Assembly: GCA_019358915.1 (NCBI GenBank)
Contig: JAHHIM010000019.1
Location: forward strand, 1 to 64,000
Source of the DNA: Trichormus sp. ATA11-4-KO1
Lineage (GTDB): Bacteria > Cyanobacteriota > Cyanobacteriia > Cyanobacteriales > Nostocaceae
Reading direction: 5' to 3'
Length of the DNA stretch: 64,000 nt
The notes below the pieces were generated by a model, which ran no database searches, had not been told where the DNA came from, and saw only the letters and a program-made list of their open reading frames with translations. Positions 9,737 through 19,895 of the stretch are shown here, one piece after another; the first letter of the stretch is position 1; the number at the start of each line of letters is the position of its first letter. The position numbers and the translations under genes are program-made.

Positions 9737-10351
9737 ATGCCCCATGCCAATTACACCCAACGTTTGCAAAATTTAATGCAACAGGTGGGTATTTCTAGTT
9801 TTAAAGCGCTGAGTCGTGCTGCTGGTATCTCAGAGCGTCAAATTTTACGGCTGCGACAAGGCAAGTTAGAACATATGCGGGTAGAAGTGCTGCTCAAACT
9901 GTCGTCAGTGCTACAGATTTCTTTAAGTGAATTGATCACAACTTTTTCTCCACACCCCACTACAGATGCAGATTTAAAAACAGAGTACCAGCGATCGCTA
10001 CTACAACTGGAACAACAGCAAGAGGTATTACAGCAACAATTCCAGCAGTCGAGTTTACAACTACTGGAATCTTTATTATTACAATGGCCCACAGCTGCCC
10101 AGAAAGCGCAAGAAAATCCCCAGCTAGCAGCGATTAAGATTGTGCCTTTAGTACAGAAGCCTTTAGAAAAATTATTACAAGCATGGGGAGTGCAAGCGAT
10201 CGCACCAGTGGGCGCTGAAGTACCATATAATCCTCAACTACACCAACTAATGGAGGGTACAGCACAACCAGGCGAAACAGTTAAGATACGCTACATCGGC
10301 TATCTGCAAGGTGAAAAGCTACTTTATCGAGCCAAAGTAAGTCCCATTTAA
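9737..10351 (+). CDS. XRE-type HTH protein with C-terminal GrpE-like domain
   Basis: N-terminal HTH (FKALSRAAGISERQILRLRQG), coiled coil, then YNPQLHQ...VKIRYIGY...LLYRAKV resembling the GrpE head. Confidence 0.75.
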   Translation: MPHANYTQRLQNLMQQVGISSFKALSRAAGISERQILRLRQGKLEHMRVEVLLKLSSVLQISLSELITTFSPHPTTDADLKTEYQRSLLQLEQQQEVLQQQFQQSSLQLLESLLLQWPTAAQKAQENPQLAAIKIVPLVQKPLEKLLQAWGVQAIAPVGAEVPYNPQLHQLMEGTAQPGETVKIRYIGYLQGEKLLYRAKVSPI

Positions 10352-10385
10352 ACCCATACCGTTCAGTTAACACCAAACACCTTTC

Positions 10386-10460
10386 AGGAATTACGCAAAA
10401 GCTCTCTTAAAACTCTTATTTCTCCTTGTCCTCTGTGCCTCTGTGGTTTGTTGGTACGAA
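10386..10460. mobile_element. MITE remnant overlapping the 3' end of the hybrid kinase gene
   Basis: GGAATTACGCAAAAGCTCTCTTAAAACTCTTATTTCTCCTTGTCCTCTGTGCCTCTG aligns with 40961-41017. Confidence 0.65.
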
Positions 10461-11578
10461 ACGTCATCACATCTGCAAATTTCTTGTGTACTACACGGAA
10501 GAATAACTTTCACTATAGTTTTTTCTTGTGGCTGACTTTGGATTTTGAGTTTACCACCGTGTAACTCAGCCAACTGTTTGGCAATAATTAACCCTAATCC
10601 TGAACCTTGTTGCTCGTGCAGCTTACGCTCAAATTGCCTATAGGCTCCCAATTCAGAAATTTGTTCTGCGGTCATGCCTCGTCCGTGATCGATAAAGGAT
10701 AAACTAAAACTATGATTGACACAATCACTTTTCACCTGAACTAAAGTTCCTGGTGGAGAAAACTTCAAGGCATTATCGATTAATTCTTCAATAATTTTAT
10801 AAATTTTTTTAGCAGATATATGAATATTACATGGATATAAATCTAGTTTTAAATCTGCTTCCCTACCTGCTTTTTTTGCGGCTTCATTAATTAAATTAAT
10901 CAATGCAGGTGTAGGGAAAATAATGGACTGATTTTGCAATAATTTAATTCGCTCTGGATCTGTAGCGATAATTTCTAGTTCTGCGTGCAGTAAAAAATTT
11001 TGAATCAACCGAAATAAACGTTCACCTGATTGATAAATACATTCTGCCATTTCTCGGACGGCCTGCGAATCAAGTAGCTCACTTTCTTCCATGAGAATTT
11101 GGGAAAATCCCAAAATCCCATTCAGAGGTGTTCGCATTTCGTGAGGCAGAGATAAAGTAATACTACTACGCAAATTATCTAGTTTTTTCTGCGTTTGCTG
11201 ATTAATTGTAGTTTGTTTTTCTAATCGACAGTCAATAGCAGCTAATAACTCTGCTCTTGTAAAAGGCTTAATGAGATAATCATCCGCTCCTAATTCCATA
11301 CCTTGACGGAAATCAGTTTTTTCAGATTTAGCCGTCAAGAAAATCAAGGGAATTATTGCCGTTGTGGGATTTTGCCGTAATGCTTTCAGGACTGCATAAC
11401 CGTCTAATTCTGGCATCATCACATCGCAAATAATCAAATCAGGAATTTCTGTTTGAGCTAGTTGTAAACCGAGGCTACCATTTTCTGCTTCAATTGCATG
11501 AAACTCTTCAGCATATAGCAAATCTAAAATATTGTGACGTACGTTTATATCATCTTCAATAACTAAAATTTTCTTCAT
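10391..11578 (-). CDS. Hybrid response regulator / histidine kinase (REC-HisKA-HATPase)
   Basis: DLIICDVMMP receiver, PHEMRTPL H-box, DNALKF, GSGLGL. Confidence 0.95.
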   Translation of the reverse strand: MKKILVIEDDINVRHNILDLLYAEEFHAIEAENGSLGLQLAQTEIPDLIICDVMMPELDGYAVLKALRQNPTTAIIPLIFLTAKSEKTDFRQGMELGADDYLIKPFTRAELLAAIDCRLEKQTTINQQTQKKLDNLRSSITLSLPHEMRTPLNGILGFSQILMEESELLDSQAVREMAECIYQSGERLFRLIQNFLLHAELEIIATDPERIKLLQNQSIIFPTPALINLINEAAKKAGREADLKLDLYPCNIHISAKKIYKIIEELIDNALKFSPPGTLVQVKSDCVNHSFSLSFIDHGRGMTAEQISELGAYRQFERKLHEQQGSGLGLIIAKQLAELHGGKLKIQSQPQEKTIVKVILPCSTQEICRCDDVSYQQTTEAQRTRRNKSFKRAFA

Positions 11579-11746
11579 ATTTACTTAAAAAGAATGATAA
11601 AACTTGAAAAATTATATAATATAGGATAATTTGTGTCAAAATTTAAATATATAGTAATAGTTGAATGAATTTTTTGATTTACCATTATCAAAAAAATATC
11701 AAAATTTTATGTATATGTAATAATAAATAACTTAAAAGATGCTTAT

Positions 11747-12958
11747 TTATGCAGGTAAGCGATTGTTATTCCACAAAAAATTTTCTAATTCTGCGGCTGG
11801 TAATGGACGGCTAAATAAAAACCCTTGCATCGCATCACAGTTATTTTGGCGTAAAAAATTAAGTTCTGCTTCTGTTTCTACACCTTCAGCAATTACCTGC
11901 ATCTGCAAATTGTGAGCCATTTCGATTAATGCTTTGGTAATTGCAGATTTTTGGGAATCTTGGGCAACATTATGAATAAAGTAACGGTCAATTTTTAATG
12001 TGTTAATTGGTAAATTTTTTAAATAAATTAAAGAAGAATATCCTGTACCAAAATCATCAATAGCAATTCTTACCCCCATTTTTTGCAATTCATTCATGGT
12101 AGCGATCGCCCCATTAGCATTTTGCATTATCATACTTTCAGTGAGTTCTAATTCTAAGTATTTTGGTTCCAACTTATTGACTTTTAAAAACTCAAGTATT
12201 TTCCGGATAAAATCTGGATGATTAAATTCAATCACTGAGATATTGACAGCAATTCTCAACGAAAAAACTCCTATATTCTGCCAGGCTTTAATTTGTTCAC
12301 AGACATTTTTTAATACCCATTGGTCAATAGGAATAATTAAACCTGTAGATTCCGCTAACGGAATAAACTCTGTGGGGGAAACAGCACCCAACTCTGGACT
12401 TTGCCAACGTAATAAGCTTTCAGCAGCAATGATTTTCCCAGAAGCAATATTAACAATTGGTTGATAATAAACTTCAAATTCTTGAAATTTTTGCTGTTGA
12501 ACAACTCGGTGTAAGTTCATTTCTAGCAACTGCATTTTCGGGGATAATGTTTTCATGGCAGTTTGATTACATAAATACTTTTTTAAAGTAGCTTGTCTTT
12601 CTAACCGATTCATGATCGCACTTAACAGTTCAGCCCGAGTAAATGGCTTAGTTAAATAATCATCTGCACCCATATCCATACCTTGGCGAAAATCAGCTTT
12701 GGCAGATTTAGCAGTTAGAAAAATAAACGGAATTGTTGCGGTTAAAGGTTCTTGGCGCAGTGCTGTTAATACACTGTAACCATCTATTTCCGGCATCATC
12801 ATATCGCATAATATTAAGTCAGGCACTGTAGATATAGCCAAACTTATGCCAATTTTGCCATTAGCAGCTGTAATAGTCTCAAAATCTTCGGCTTCTAGTA
12901 AATCTAACAGGTTTTCGCGTACTGATTCTTCATCTTCAATCACAAGAATTTTGGTCAT
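11747..12958 (-). CDS. Response regulator with EAL phosphodiesterase domain
   Basis: REC domain followed by YQP, ESLLRW, LELTES, IDDFGTGYSS, LKID, AEGVET, QGFLF. Confidence 0.95.
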   Translation of the reverse strand: MTKILVIEDEESVRENLLDLLEAEDFETITAANGKIGISLAISTVPDLILCDMMMPEIDGYSVLTALRQEPLTATIPFIFLTAKSAKADFRQGMDMGADDYLTKPFTRAELLSAIMNRLERQATLKKYLCNQTAMKTLSPKMQLLEMNLHRVVQQQKFQEFEVYYQPIVNIASGKIIAAESLLRWQSPELGAVSPTEFIPLAESTGLIIPIDQWVLKNVCEQIKAWQNIGVFSLRIAVNISVIEFNHPDFIRKILEFLKVNKLEPKYLELELTESMIMQNANGAIATMNELQKMGVRIAIDDFGTGYSSLIYLKNLPINTLKIDRYFIHNVAQDSQKSAITKALIEMAHNLQMQVIAEGVETEAELNFLRQNNCDAMQGFLFSRPLPAAELENFLWNNNRLPA

Positions 12959-15900
12959 TTTTTACCTCAGTTTTTATCTGGTTATGTAACGACAGAGTCA
13001 CAGTGAACACTGTACCCACTCCTAGTTGGCTGGTAACAGCGATTTTACCCTGGTGTAGATCTACACACTTTTTCACAATCGCCAGTCCTAATCCAGTTCC
13101 TAGAATGTTGCCAACATTTCTGGCGCGATGAAAAGTTTCAAACAAGTGTGGTAGGTCTTCTTCAGGAATACCAATTCCTCGATCTTGAATTTCCAATACC
13201 ACCTGTTCATCCTGACAAGCAAGAGTAAACTTGACAGTACTTTGATTCGGGGAGTACTTGATTGCATTCGACAGTAAGTTACTGAGAATATGCCCTAGCA
13301 ACTTGTCATCCATGCAGCATGACATAGATTTATGTTGGCTAGTAAAATAAATTACACATCTATTATTTTGATTCAGTTGTACTTCCTCTAACAAAGAACG
13401 ACAATACTCGACCAAATCGAAGCACGTTGGCCTAAACTCTAGTTTTCCCGCTTCCGCCTTGCCGATTACCAACACATCATTTAACATTTCCGTCATCCGC
13501 TTAACAGCAGCCTGAATGCGATGCAGGTGAGTGAGTTGTTTTTCTTCTGTCCATTTGTGGCGGTAATGTTCTAGTAATTCCGAGGAAGAAAGGATAGTAC
13601 TTAACGGCGTGCGGAATTCGTGGGAGGTCATGGAGACAAAGCGGGATTTGAGTTCGTTAAGTTCTTTTTCTTTTTCTAGTGCTATTTTCAATTCTTCTTC
13701 TAATTGCTTGCGATCTGTGATATCTGCTAAGTAACCCACCAATTCCAATGGGTTGCCAGTTTCATCGCGTACTAGCTGACCTTTGTCATATAGCCAACGA
13801 TAAGTACCGTCCTGATGTAAAAAGCGATATTCCAAAGTGTAATGCTCTTTCTCTAATACCTTTGAAAGTTCAGCAAATACATATGACAAATCTTCTGGGT
13901 AGATATGATTCGCCCAAAAATTAGCATCTTCTGATATTTCCCAGGCTGCATATCCCATCATGGCAGTAATATTGTCACTGATGAAAGTATTACCAAAGTT
14001 ACCGGAAGTTTTGGCTGTATAAATCACTGCTGGACTGGAAGAAAGTAAATATTGTAATCGTTGTTGACTCACCAGTAAGGCCGTTTCTGCCTGCTTACGC
14101 TCAGTTATATCTGTTTGAATGCCGATGTAGTGGGTAAGTTTGCCAGCAACATCATAAACGGGAGAAATATTTAACTCATTCCACAACAGGCTGCCATCTT
14201 TACGGTAGTTACGTAAAGTGATGGTGCAGTCTCTTCCTGCTTGCATAGCTGCATTGAGTTCTTGTAAGCCTGATTGATTGATATCAGCACTTGGGAACGA
14301 ATGAAAATTTTGCCCAATTACCTCTGCGGCACAGTAACCAGTCATGCGCTCAAAGGCAGGATTGACATAGATAATTGGCCCATTAGGGATAGTGGCATCT
14401 GCAATAATAATGCCATTACTACTAGCTGCGATCGCGCGATCGCGCAGTCTTAAACCTTCTTCGGCTCGTTTTTGCTGCGTAATATCTGTATGGATGCAGA
14501 CTGTACCAACAATTTTACCTGTGGCATCTTTAATGGCATCAGAACGGAGGTAAACTTGGACAATGCGGCCACTACATGCTTGCATTGTCACTTCACCACG
14601 CCATGATTGACCACTGATAATAATATTATGTATCTGTTGATACTCTGTTAAATACTTGAAAATCACCGCTTCTCCGTGAGCGATCTGTAAGTCTTCCAAG
14701 CTGTACTCATATAATTCAATAAACGCTGGGTTGATGTAGATAGCTGCACCTGTAATATCTCCAATCGCAATGGCATCACTCGTGCTTTCTATGGCTTTAT
14801 GAAAGCGTAGTAGTGATTCTTCTGCTAATTTGCGTTCTGTAATGTTAGTGGCAATACCGCCAACAGCATAAGGAATGCCATTGGCGTCTTTTAAGGGAAA
14901 TTTGGCAGATAGGTAAGTTTGTAATTCATCATTTGCAGGTAAAACTGCTTCGGTTTCTAAGGTAAGTCCACTGGCAATTACTTTCAGGTTATTAGTTGCA
15001 AACCCATGAGCAAGATCGTGAGGCCAAATATCGTACACAGTTTTACCGATGATTTGGTCTTGAGTGATATTAAATAGCCGTTCATACTGGCGGTTGATCA
15101 GTAAGTATCTATTTTGGGTGTCTACTACATAAATCACCGCCGAAGAATTGTCTAAAATCGCCTGTAACTGTTGTTGAGTTTCGCGTAAGGCAATTTCTGC
15201 GGACACGCGATCGTCTATGTCAGTATTCGTACCAAACCAATTGATAATTTTACCTTGTTGATTACGCAGAGGCAAAGCACGTACTAAATGCCAGCGATAG
15301 GTTTTGTCAGTTCCTCTCAGTCCGCGAAACTCAATTTCATAAGGTTGGCCTGTAGCTAAAGATTCTTGCCAGCAAGACAGACAAGTCGGCAAATCTTCTG
15401 GATGTATCCATTGCTGCCATTCCCAACCTAAAATTTGTTCTAGGGTGCAACAAAAGTAGTCAAGCGCGCGTTGGTTAATGTATTCAAGATTACCGTTAGC
15501 ATCAGCAATCCAAACATGTTGGGGGATGGATTCTGCCAAAAAGCGAAAACGCTCTTCGCTAATTTGGCGTTCAGCAATCTCCGATAATAGCTGCTGATTA
15601 ACTTGAGTTAAAGCATGGGTTCGCTCAGTTACGCGCATTTCTAGCTCTTGGTTGGCCTGCTTGAGAGCCGCCTGTGCTTGCTTGAGTTCGGTGACATCTT
15701 CGGCAATACCAGCGAAGCGGTAAACTTCTCCGTGTTTGTTGTTGACAGGAAAAGTTTTTGCACAAATCCACCGCACCTCACCGCCGGGTCGGACAATGCG
15801 ATATTCTATGTAGGAATGCTTACCTACTAATAAATTATCTAAAGCTGCCATGTAGCGATCGCGGTCTAGTGGATGGATAGAATCAAGCAGATTTTCTCGT

Positions 15901-16889
15901 AAATTTTCGTAAAGGCGATCGCGACTTCTACCCCAAATTTGTTCGTAAGCTGGGCTGACATAATAGAGTTTATGCTCTCTAGCATCTCGCACAAAAAACA
16001 CTTGCGGAATATTTTCTGTGACTTGCCGAAATAGCTCTTCACTCCACCTAATTGCCTCTTGATTGCGTTTACACTCGCTGATGTTGCGTTGCACAGATAC
16101 AAAATGAGTGATTTTTCCCTCTGGATCTGGTATTGGGACTACGTTCACCTCAATCCAGTATGTAGAACCATCTTTGTGGTAGTTAATTAATTCTGTCCTG
16201 ATAGGCAAACCACTTTGCAGTGCTACGCGAATTCTATTTAGCTGGGTGCGAGAAGTTAGCTCACCCTGTAAAATACGCGGTGTTTTGCCAATCACTTCAC
16301 CAGATGTGTAACCAGACATCTTGGTAAAGGCGGCATTAACATAAACTATTTGTGGGCCAAATGGTTCATCTAACGCATCAGCTTTGGTAATTACAATAGC
16401 GTCGTTGGCATTTACCACTGCTGACTCTAGCAAACGCAGTCGTTCTGCTTGAGTCTGTGAGTTTTCACCTTTAGTCTCCTCCACTGGTTCTGCTAGCGCT
16501 CGACAAATACTTGCGGGTGTTACTGTCCCCACAAGTTGACCTTGCTCATCGATAACTGGCAATATGTCCAATTGGTTCTGACGCAATAGTGAAAGTACTG
16601 TTGTTATATTCTCAAATTCCGCAAGTTTCAGTATAATTACTGAAGTGTGCATAACTTCAGCAATCTGGGTTGTTTTAAAGTCAATCCCCGCAGCTAAAAG
16701 CCGTACTACATCTTTCTGTGTCAACCACCCTACTACCCGTGAAACCGACACCACCAAGACACTAACACCATGATTTGCCATGAGTGCGATCGCGTCTGAT
16801 ACTGATGTTTCCGGCTTAACCGTCAGTGGCGAAAAGTCAATAATTGACTTTATACCCAGTTGCCAGAGAAGCTGAGGTAAAGCTTGCAT
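12936..16889 (-). CDS. CBS-pair, multi-PAS sensor histidine kinase
   Basis: N-terminal CBS pair, about seven PAS/PAC units, SHEFRTPL, NLLSNAIKYS, GTGLGL. Confidence 0.95.
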   Translation of the reverse strand: MQALPQLLWQLGIKSIIDFSPLTVKPETSVSDAIALMANHGVSVLVVSVSRVVGWLTQKDVVRLLAAGIDFKTTQIAEVMHTSVIILKLAEFENITTVLSLLRQNQLDILPVIDEQGQLVGTVTPASICRALAEPVEETKGENSQTQAERLRLLESAVVNANDAIVITKADALDEPFGPQIVYVNAAFTKMSGYTSGEVIGKTPRILQGELTSRTQLNRIRVALQSGLPIRTELINYHKDGSTYWIEVNVVPIPDPEGKITHFVSVQRNISECKRNQEAIRWSEELFRQVTENIPQVFFVRDAREHKLYYVSPAYEQIWGRSRDRLYENLRENLLDSIHPLDRDRYMAALDNLLVGKHSYIEYRIVRPGGEVRWICAKTFPVNNKHGEVYRFAGIAEDVTELKQAQAALKQANQELEMRVTERTHALTQVNQQLLSEIAERQISEERFRFLAESIPQHVWIADANGNLEYINQRALDYFCCTLEQILGWEWQQWIHPEDLPTCLSCWQESLATGQPYEIEFRGLRGTDKTYRWHLVRALPLRNQQGKIINWFGTNTDIDDRVSAEIALRETQQQLQAILDNSSAVIYVVDTQNRYLLINRQYERLFNITQDQIIGKTVYDIWPHDLAHGFATNNLKVIASGLTLETEAVLPANDELQTYLSAKFPLKDANGIPYAVGGIATNITERKLAEESLLRFHKAIESTSDAIAIGDITGAAIYINPAFIELYEYSLEDLQIAHGEAVIFKYLTEYQQIHNIIISGQSWRGEVTMQACSGRIVQVYLRSDAIKDATGKIVGTVCIHTDITQQKRAEEGLRLRDRAIAASSNGIIIADATIPNGPIIYVNPAFERMTGYCAAEVIGQNFHSFPSADINQSGLQELNAAMQAGRDCTITLRNYRKDGSLLWNELNISPVYDVAGKLTHYIGIQTDITERKQAETALLVSQQRLQYLLSSSPAVIYTAKTSGNFGNTFISDNITAMMGYAAWEISEDANFWANHIYPEDLSYVFAELSKVLEKEHYTLEYRFLHQDGTYRWLYDKGQLVRDETGNPLELVGYLADITDRKQLEEELKIALEKEKELNELKSRFVSMTSHEFRTPLSTILSSSELLEHYRHKWTEEKQLTHLHRIQAAVKRMTEMLNDVLVIGKAEAGKLEFRPTCFDLVEYCRSLLEEVQLNQNNRCVIYFTSQHKSMSCCMDDKLLGHILSNLLSNAIKYSPNQSTVKFTLACQDEQVVLEIQDRGIGIPEEDLPHLFETFHRARNVGNILGTGLGLAIVKKCVDLHQGKIAVTSQLGVGTVFTVTLSLHNQIKTEVKNDQNSCD

Positions 16890-17108
16890 AGGATGATTAT
16901 GATAGCTATTGTCAAAAAATAGTTATTTAAAGCAGTGATTTATTTAAATATCTTCTAATATTTTGCTGCAAGCTGAATAATAATGTTTCAAATTAGAAAA
17001 ACTATAAATCTACTGTGAATTTTGTATGAAGAAATCCTAATATTAAGTTGTATAAACCTAATAAAATTATGTGAATAGGGAATGGGGTGAAATTGCTTCT
17101 ATAATTCT

Positions 17109-17138
17109 CCCTCACTCCCCCACTCCCCCACTCCCCAC
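17109..17138. repeat. Short tandem repeat (CCCCCACT)n, STRR-like
   Basis: Tandem C-rich units. Similar tracts at 9643-9673, 21243-21300, 24209-24240 and 41636-41700. Confidence 0.8.
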
Positions 17139-17141
17139 TAT

Positions 17142-19799
17142 TCAACGCAACCGCCGTTCACCATAACGCAATAGCCTTTCTATGGTTGTGAGACGATTTT
17201 CCCAGGCTTTGACTTGATAGGGATTGTCCGTAGCTTTTTGGCGCATCCATATGCGAAATTGGGACTGGAACCGAGCTAGTGTTGCTCTGGCAGCTATTAA
17301 ATTACTCGCAGAAGGTGAAGTTGCCAACTGATTTAAAGTATTTTGTACCACTTCTACCTGCTGATTAAAATCAGAAATTGTGGTAGCAGGCATTTGTAGT
17401 TGGTCGTTTTGTAAAACTAACTGCCATTCCCCTTGTAGAGCCGTGTAACGGACAGCAGCAGTTTTAAAAGGCTGGCTGTGAGGAATAGGTTCACTAGTTG
17501 CAGATGGAATCCTGCCTTGGGTGCTACTTAAGATTGTTTGTAGCTCGTTATTAAAATTTTCGGCGGCAAATAGTGCATAACCACTAACTGGTAAATCTCT
17601 AATCAGTTGCAGTTGATCAAAAGCTCCGACTGTGGGTAAGGAAAGCAAGCGAATACCTGGTAACAACAAAGTAGAACCTAATTGTGTAGAGGCTATCCAA
17701 GGTTGGGCTAGTCTTTGAAAACGAGGAGTATCTTGGGCATAAGTCATGGGCACAATTAAATCTATATCTCCTCGTCTTGCCCAAACTTCCCAATGCTGTT
17801 GCAGTTTTTGAATACGTTCTATTTCTGGCAGAGGAAATACAGCAACTGAAAGAATCAAATTTGGTCGCTTTTGTCGTAATTGCTGTGAAACTTGGGCAAC
17901 AAAGCTATCAATTTGCTGGGTACGAAATGCCGTCCATTTTTGCCACAAATCTCGTTGATTGGGAGAAATATTTACTGGATCTATGCCATGCAATTGTTGA
18001 AACTGCGCTCTTGCGGCTTTACCATAGCCGTAAATTTTGCCAGCAAATGGGTCTTGGAAGGGATAGCGAATGTAATCTAGCTGTATACCATCAACTTGAT
18101 AGCGGGTGGCAATTTCTGCATACAGCTTCAATAAGTATTGCCGTAATTCGGGATTGGCTGGGTCGTAGAAAGGCTTAGTTTGACCAACAGGAATCATCTT
18201 ACCTTGGTGATCATAGTTTGCCCAATCAGGATTAGCTGCCAGCACTGGGCCTGGATAATGAGAATTGAGATTAATCAGCTCATTATGACGTTGGTTACCA
18301 GCAGCAAAAACCCAAACCCAAGCGTGTAATTCCATACCCCGTTCATGGGCTAATTTCACCCCAGCCGCTAACGGGTCCCAGCCGCGAATTAAGGGGTTTG
18401 GCTGGGATGCAACCTGGCTGGGATAGATAGTGTAACCAGCATTGACAGTTTCAAAAAAGACAGTGTTAATCCCGGATTGTGCCAGCCGATCAAAAATTTT
18501 GGCTAGTTCTTTTTCACTACCAGCCTTGACGATTGTCCCCCGGTCTAACCACACAGCCCGAATTTCTGCCTGAGCTAATCTGCGATTTACAGGAAACTGC
18601 TGCCATAAATTCGCCTTTGTTGCTAACCACTGTTGACGAGCTAAAGCATAATTTTTTTGGGCAATCAACTGAGGTAAATTCTGGGCGACTACCTTGGCTT
18701 GTGCTATGGCTTGCTCTTTACTAGAAATTTCTCGTCTGACTCTGTTTGAGGCTAATTGCACCTGTTCTCCCTTGAGAGATGGATTTCTAGTAACTGTTTC
18801 ACCATTACTCGCAGCATAGGCTAATGCAGCTAAATGGGCACTTTCCACCCTACCAATGAGACTTTCTAGCTCTTGTTGCAGGGCGATCGCTTCATTATGA
18901 TTAATTGGTGCATTGGAGTTGGGGGCAACATCTAAGCGTACTGTTTGTTCTAGTTGGTCGATTTCGTCGGAAGATGGAGGAGATGTAGACGCGATAGCGG
19001 CTGACCGCAAGGTGGGAGATGGGGTAGCAGTTACTACTGATGTAGAACAGTGTGAGGAAGCTCCTTCTACCTTTTTTTTGTTATTTGAGGATGCTGATAG
19101 ATGTCGATTCAGGGCAGTTTTTAACCAGGTACTATCTAAATCTGCGGCGGAAGCTGTATTTGTTCCCCAACGCCAACCCAATAAGGTGGAACGCTTTGTT
19201 GTGACTACTGCGGCGGGATTATCTGGGGAATTCCATACAGCAACGGCTTGAGCTGTAACATCATTAGGAATCAACACACCGCCGTGTACCTTACCAAAAA
19301 GTCCATTTTGGTTAGTCCATTCCTGGCTCTTGGTTTTTGAGGGTGACATCTGCTGTGTCTGATTGAGGCTGAATCCCCAATAACTGCCCAAGAGCGATCG
19401 CATCAACTGGCGGACTCCAGGTGCTGATAAACTACCTACAGGGCCACTAGCAATTAAGTTTCCGCCTTTGCTCATCCACGTCTCTAGGGCGATCGCTTGG
19501 GCTGGTGTTAATGTTTCCACATTGGGCAAAAATAATACCCGGCGATCGCCCCAATCTGCGGCATTCTTGACATCAGCTAGTCCAATGACGCAATACTTTA
19601 CATCTATTGCTTGTAACCGCTTGGTAATTTCTGCCCATTGCTGCTGATTTTCTTGGCTCTGCACCACACTCAATACAGGTTCTTCAGTCGCCGCTTTGGC
19701 TGGCAAAATACTCAAGAAATTAAAAACTAAAATTTTAAAAGTGAAAATGAAGAATCCAGCTTTTATGATTTTTTTATGGCATTTATCCTGATTCTTCAC
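17142..19799 (-). CDS. Glycoside hydrolase-like family 10 (DUF187) protein with N-terminal extension
   Basis: EIRAVWLD, ELHAWVW, DGIQLDYIRYP, DLIVPMTY. Signal-peptide-like N-terminus. Confidence 0.9.
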   Translation of the reverse strand: MKNQDKCHKKIIKAGFFIFTFKILVFNFLSILPAKAATEEPVLSVVQSQENQQQWAEITKRLQAIDVKYCVIGLADVKNAADWGDRRVLFLPNVETLTPAQAIALETWMSKGGNLIASGPVGSLSAPGVRQLMRSLLGSYWGFSLNQTQQMSPSKTKSQEWTNQNGLFGKVHGGVLIPNDVTAQAVAVWNSPDNPAAVVTTKRSTLLGWRWGTNTASAADLDSTWLKTALNRHLSASSNNKKKVEGASSHCSTSVVTATPSPTLRSAAIASTSPPSSDEIDQLEQTVRLDVAPNSNAPINHNEAIALQQELESLIGRVESAHLAALAYAASNGETVTRNPSLKGEQVQLASNRVRREISSKEQAIAQAKVVAQNLPQLIAQKNYALARQQWLATKANLWQQFPVNRRLAQAEIRAVWLDRGTIVKAGSEKELAKIFDRLAQSGINTVFFETVNAGYTIYPSQVASQPNPLIRGWDPLAAGVKLAHERGMELHAWVWVFAAGNQRHNELINLNSHYPGPVLAANPDWANYDHQGKMIPVGQTKPFYDPANPELRQYLLKLYAEIATRYQVDGIQLDYIRYPFQDPFAGKIYGYGKAARAQFQQLHGIDPVNISPNQRDLWQKWTAFRTQQIDSFVAQVSQQLRQKRPNLILSVAVFPLPEIERIQKLQQHWEVWARRGDIDLIVPMTYAQDTPRFQRLAQPWIASTQLGSTLLLPGIRLLSLPTVGAFDQLQLIRDLPVSGYALFAAENFNNELQTILSSTQGRIPSATSEPIPHSQPFKTAAVRYTALQGEWQLVLQNDQLQMPATTISDFNQQVEVVQNTLNQLATSPSASNLIAARATLARFQSQFRIWMRQKATDNPYQVKAWENRLTTIERLLRYGERRLR

Positions 19800-19895
19800 T
19801 TAATCACTCCTCAATCGATTATTGACAATAGCTTATTTCATTTATCAATCAATATATCAATAAATTACCTCCGAAAAACAACTGATATTTACTAA

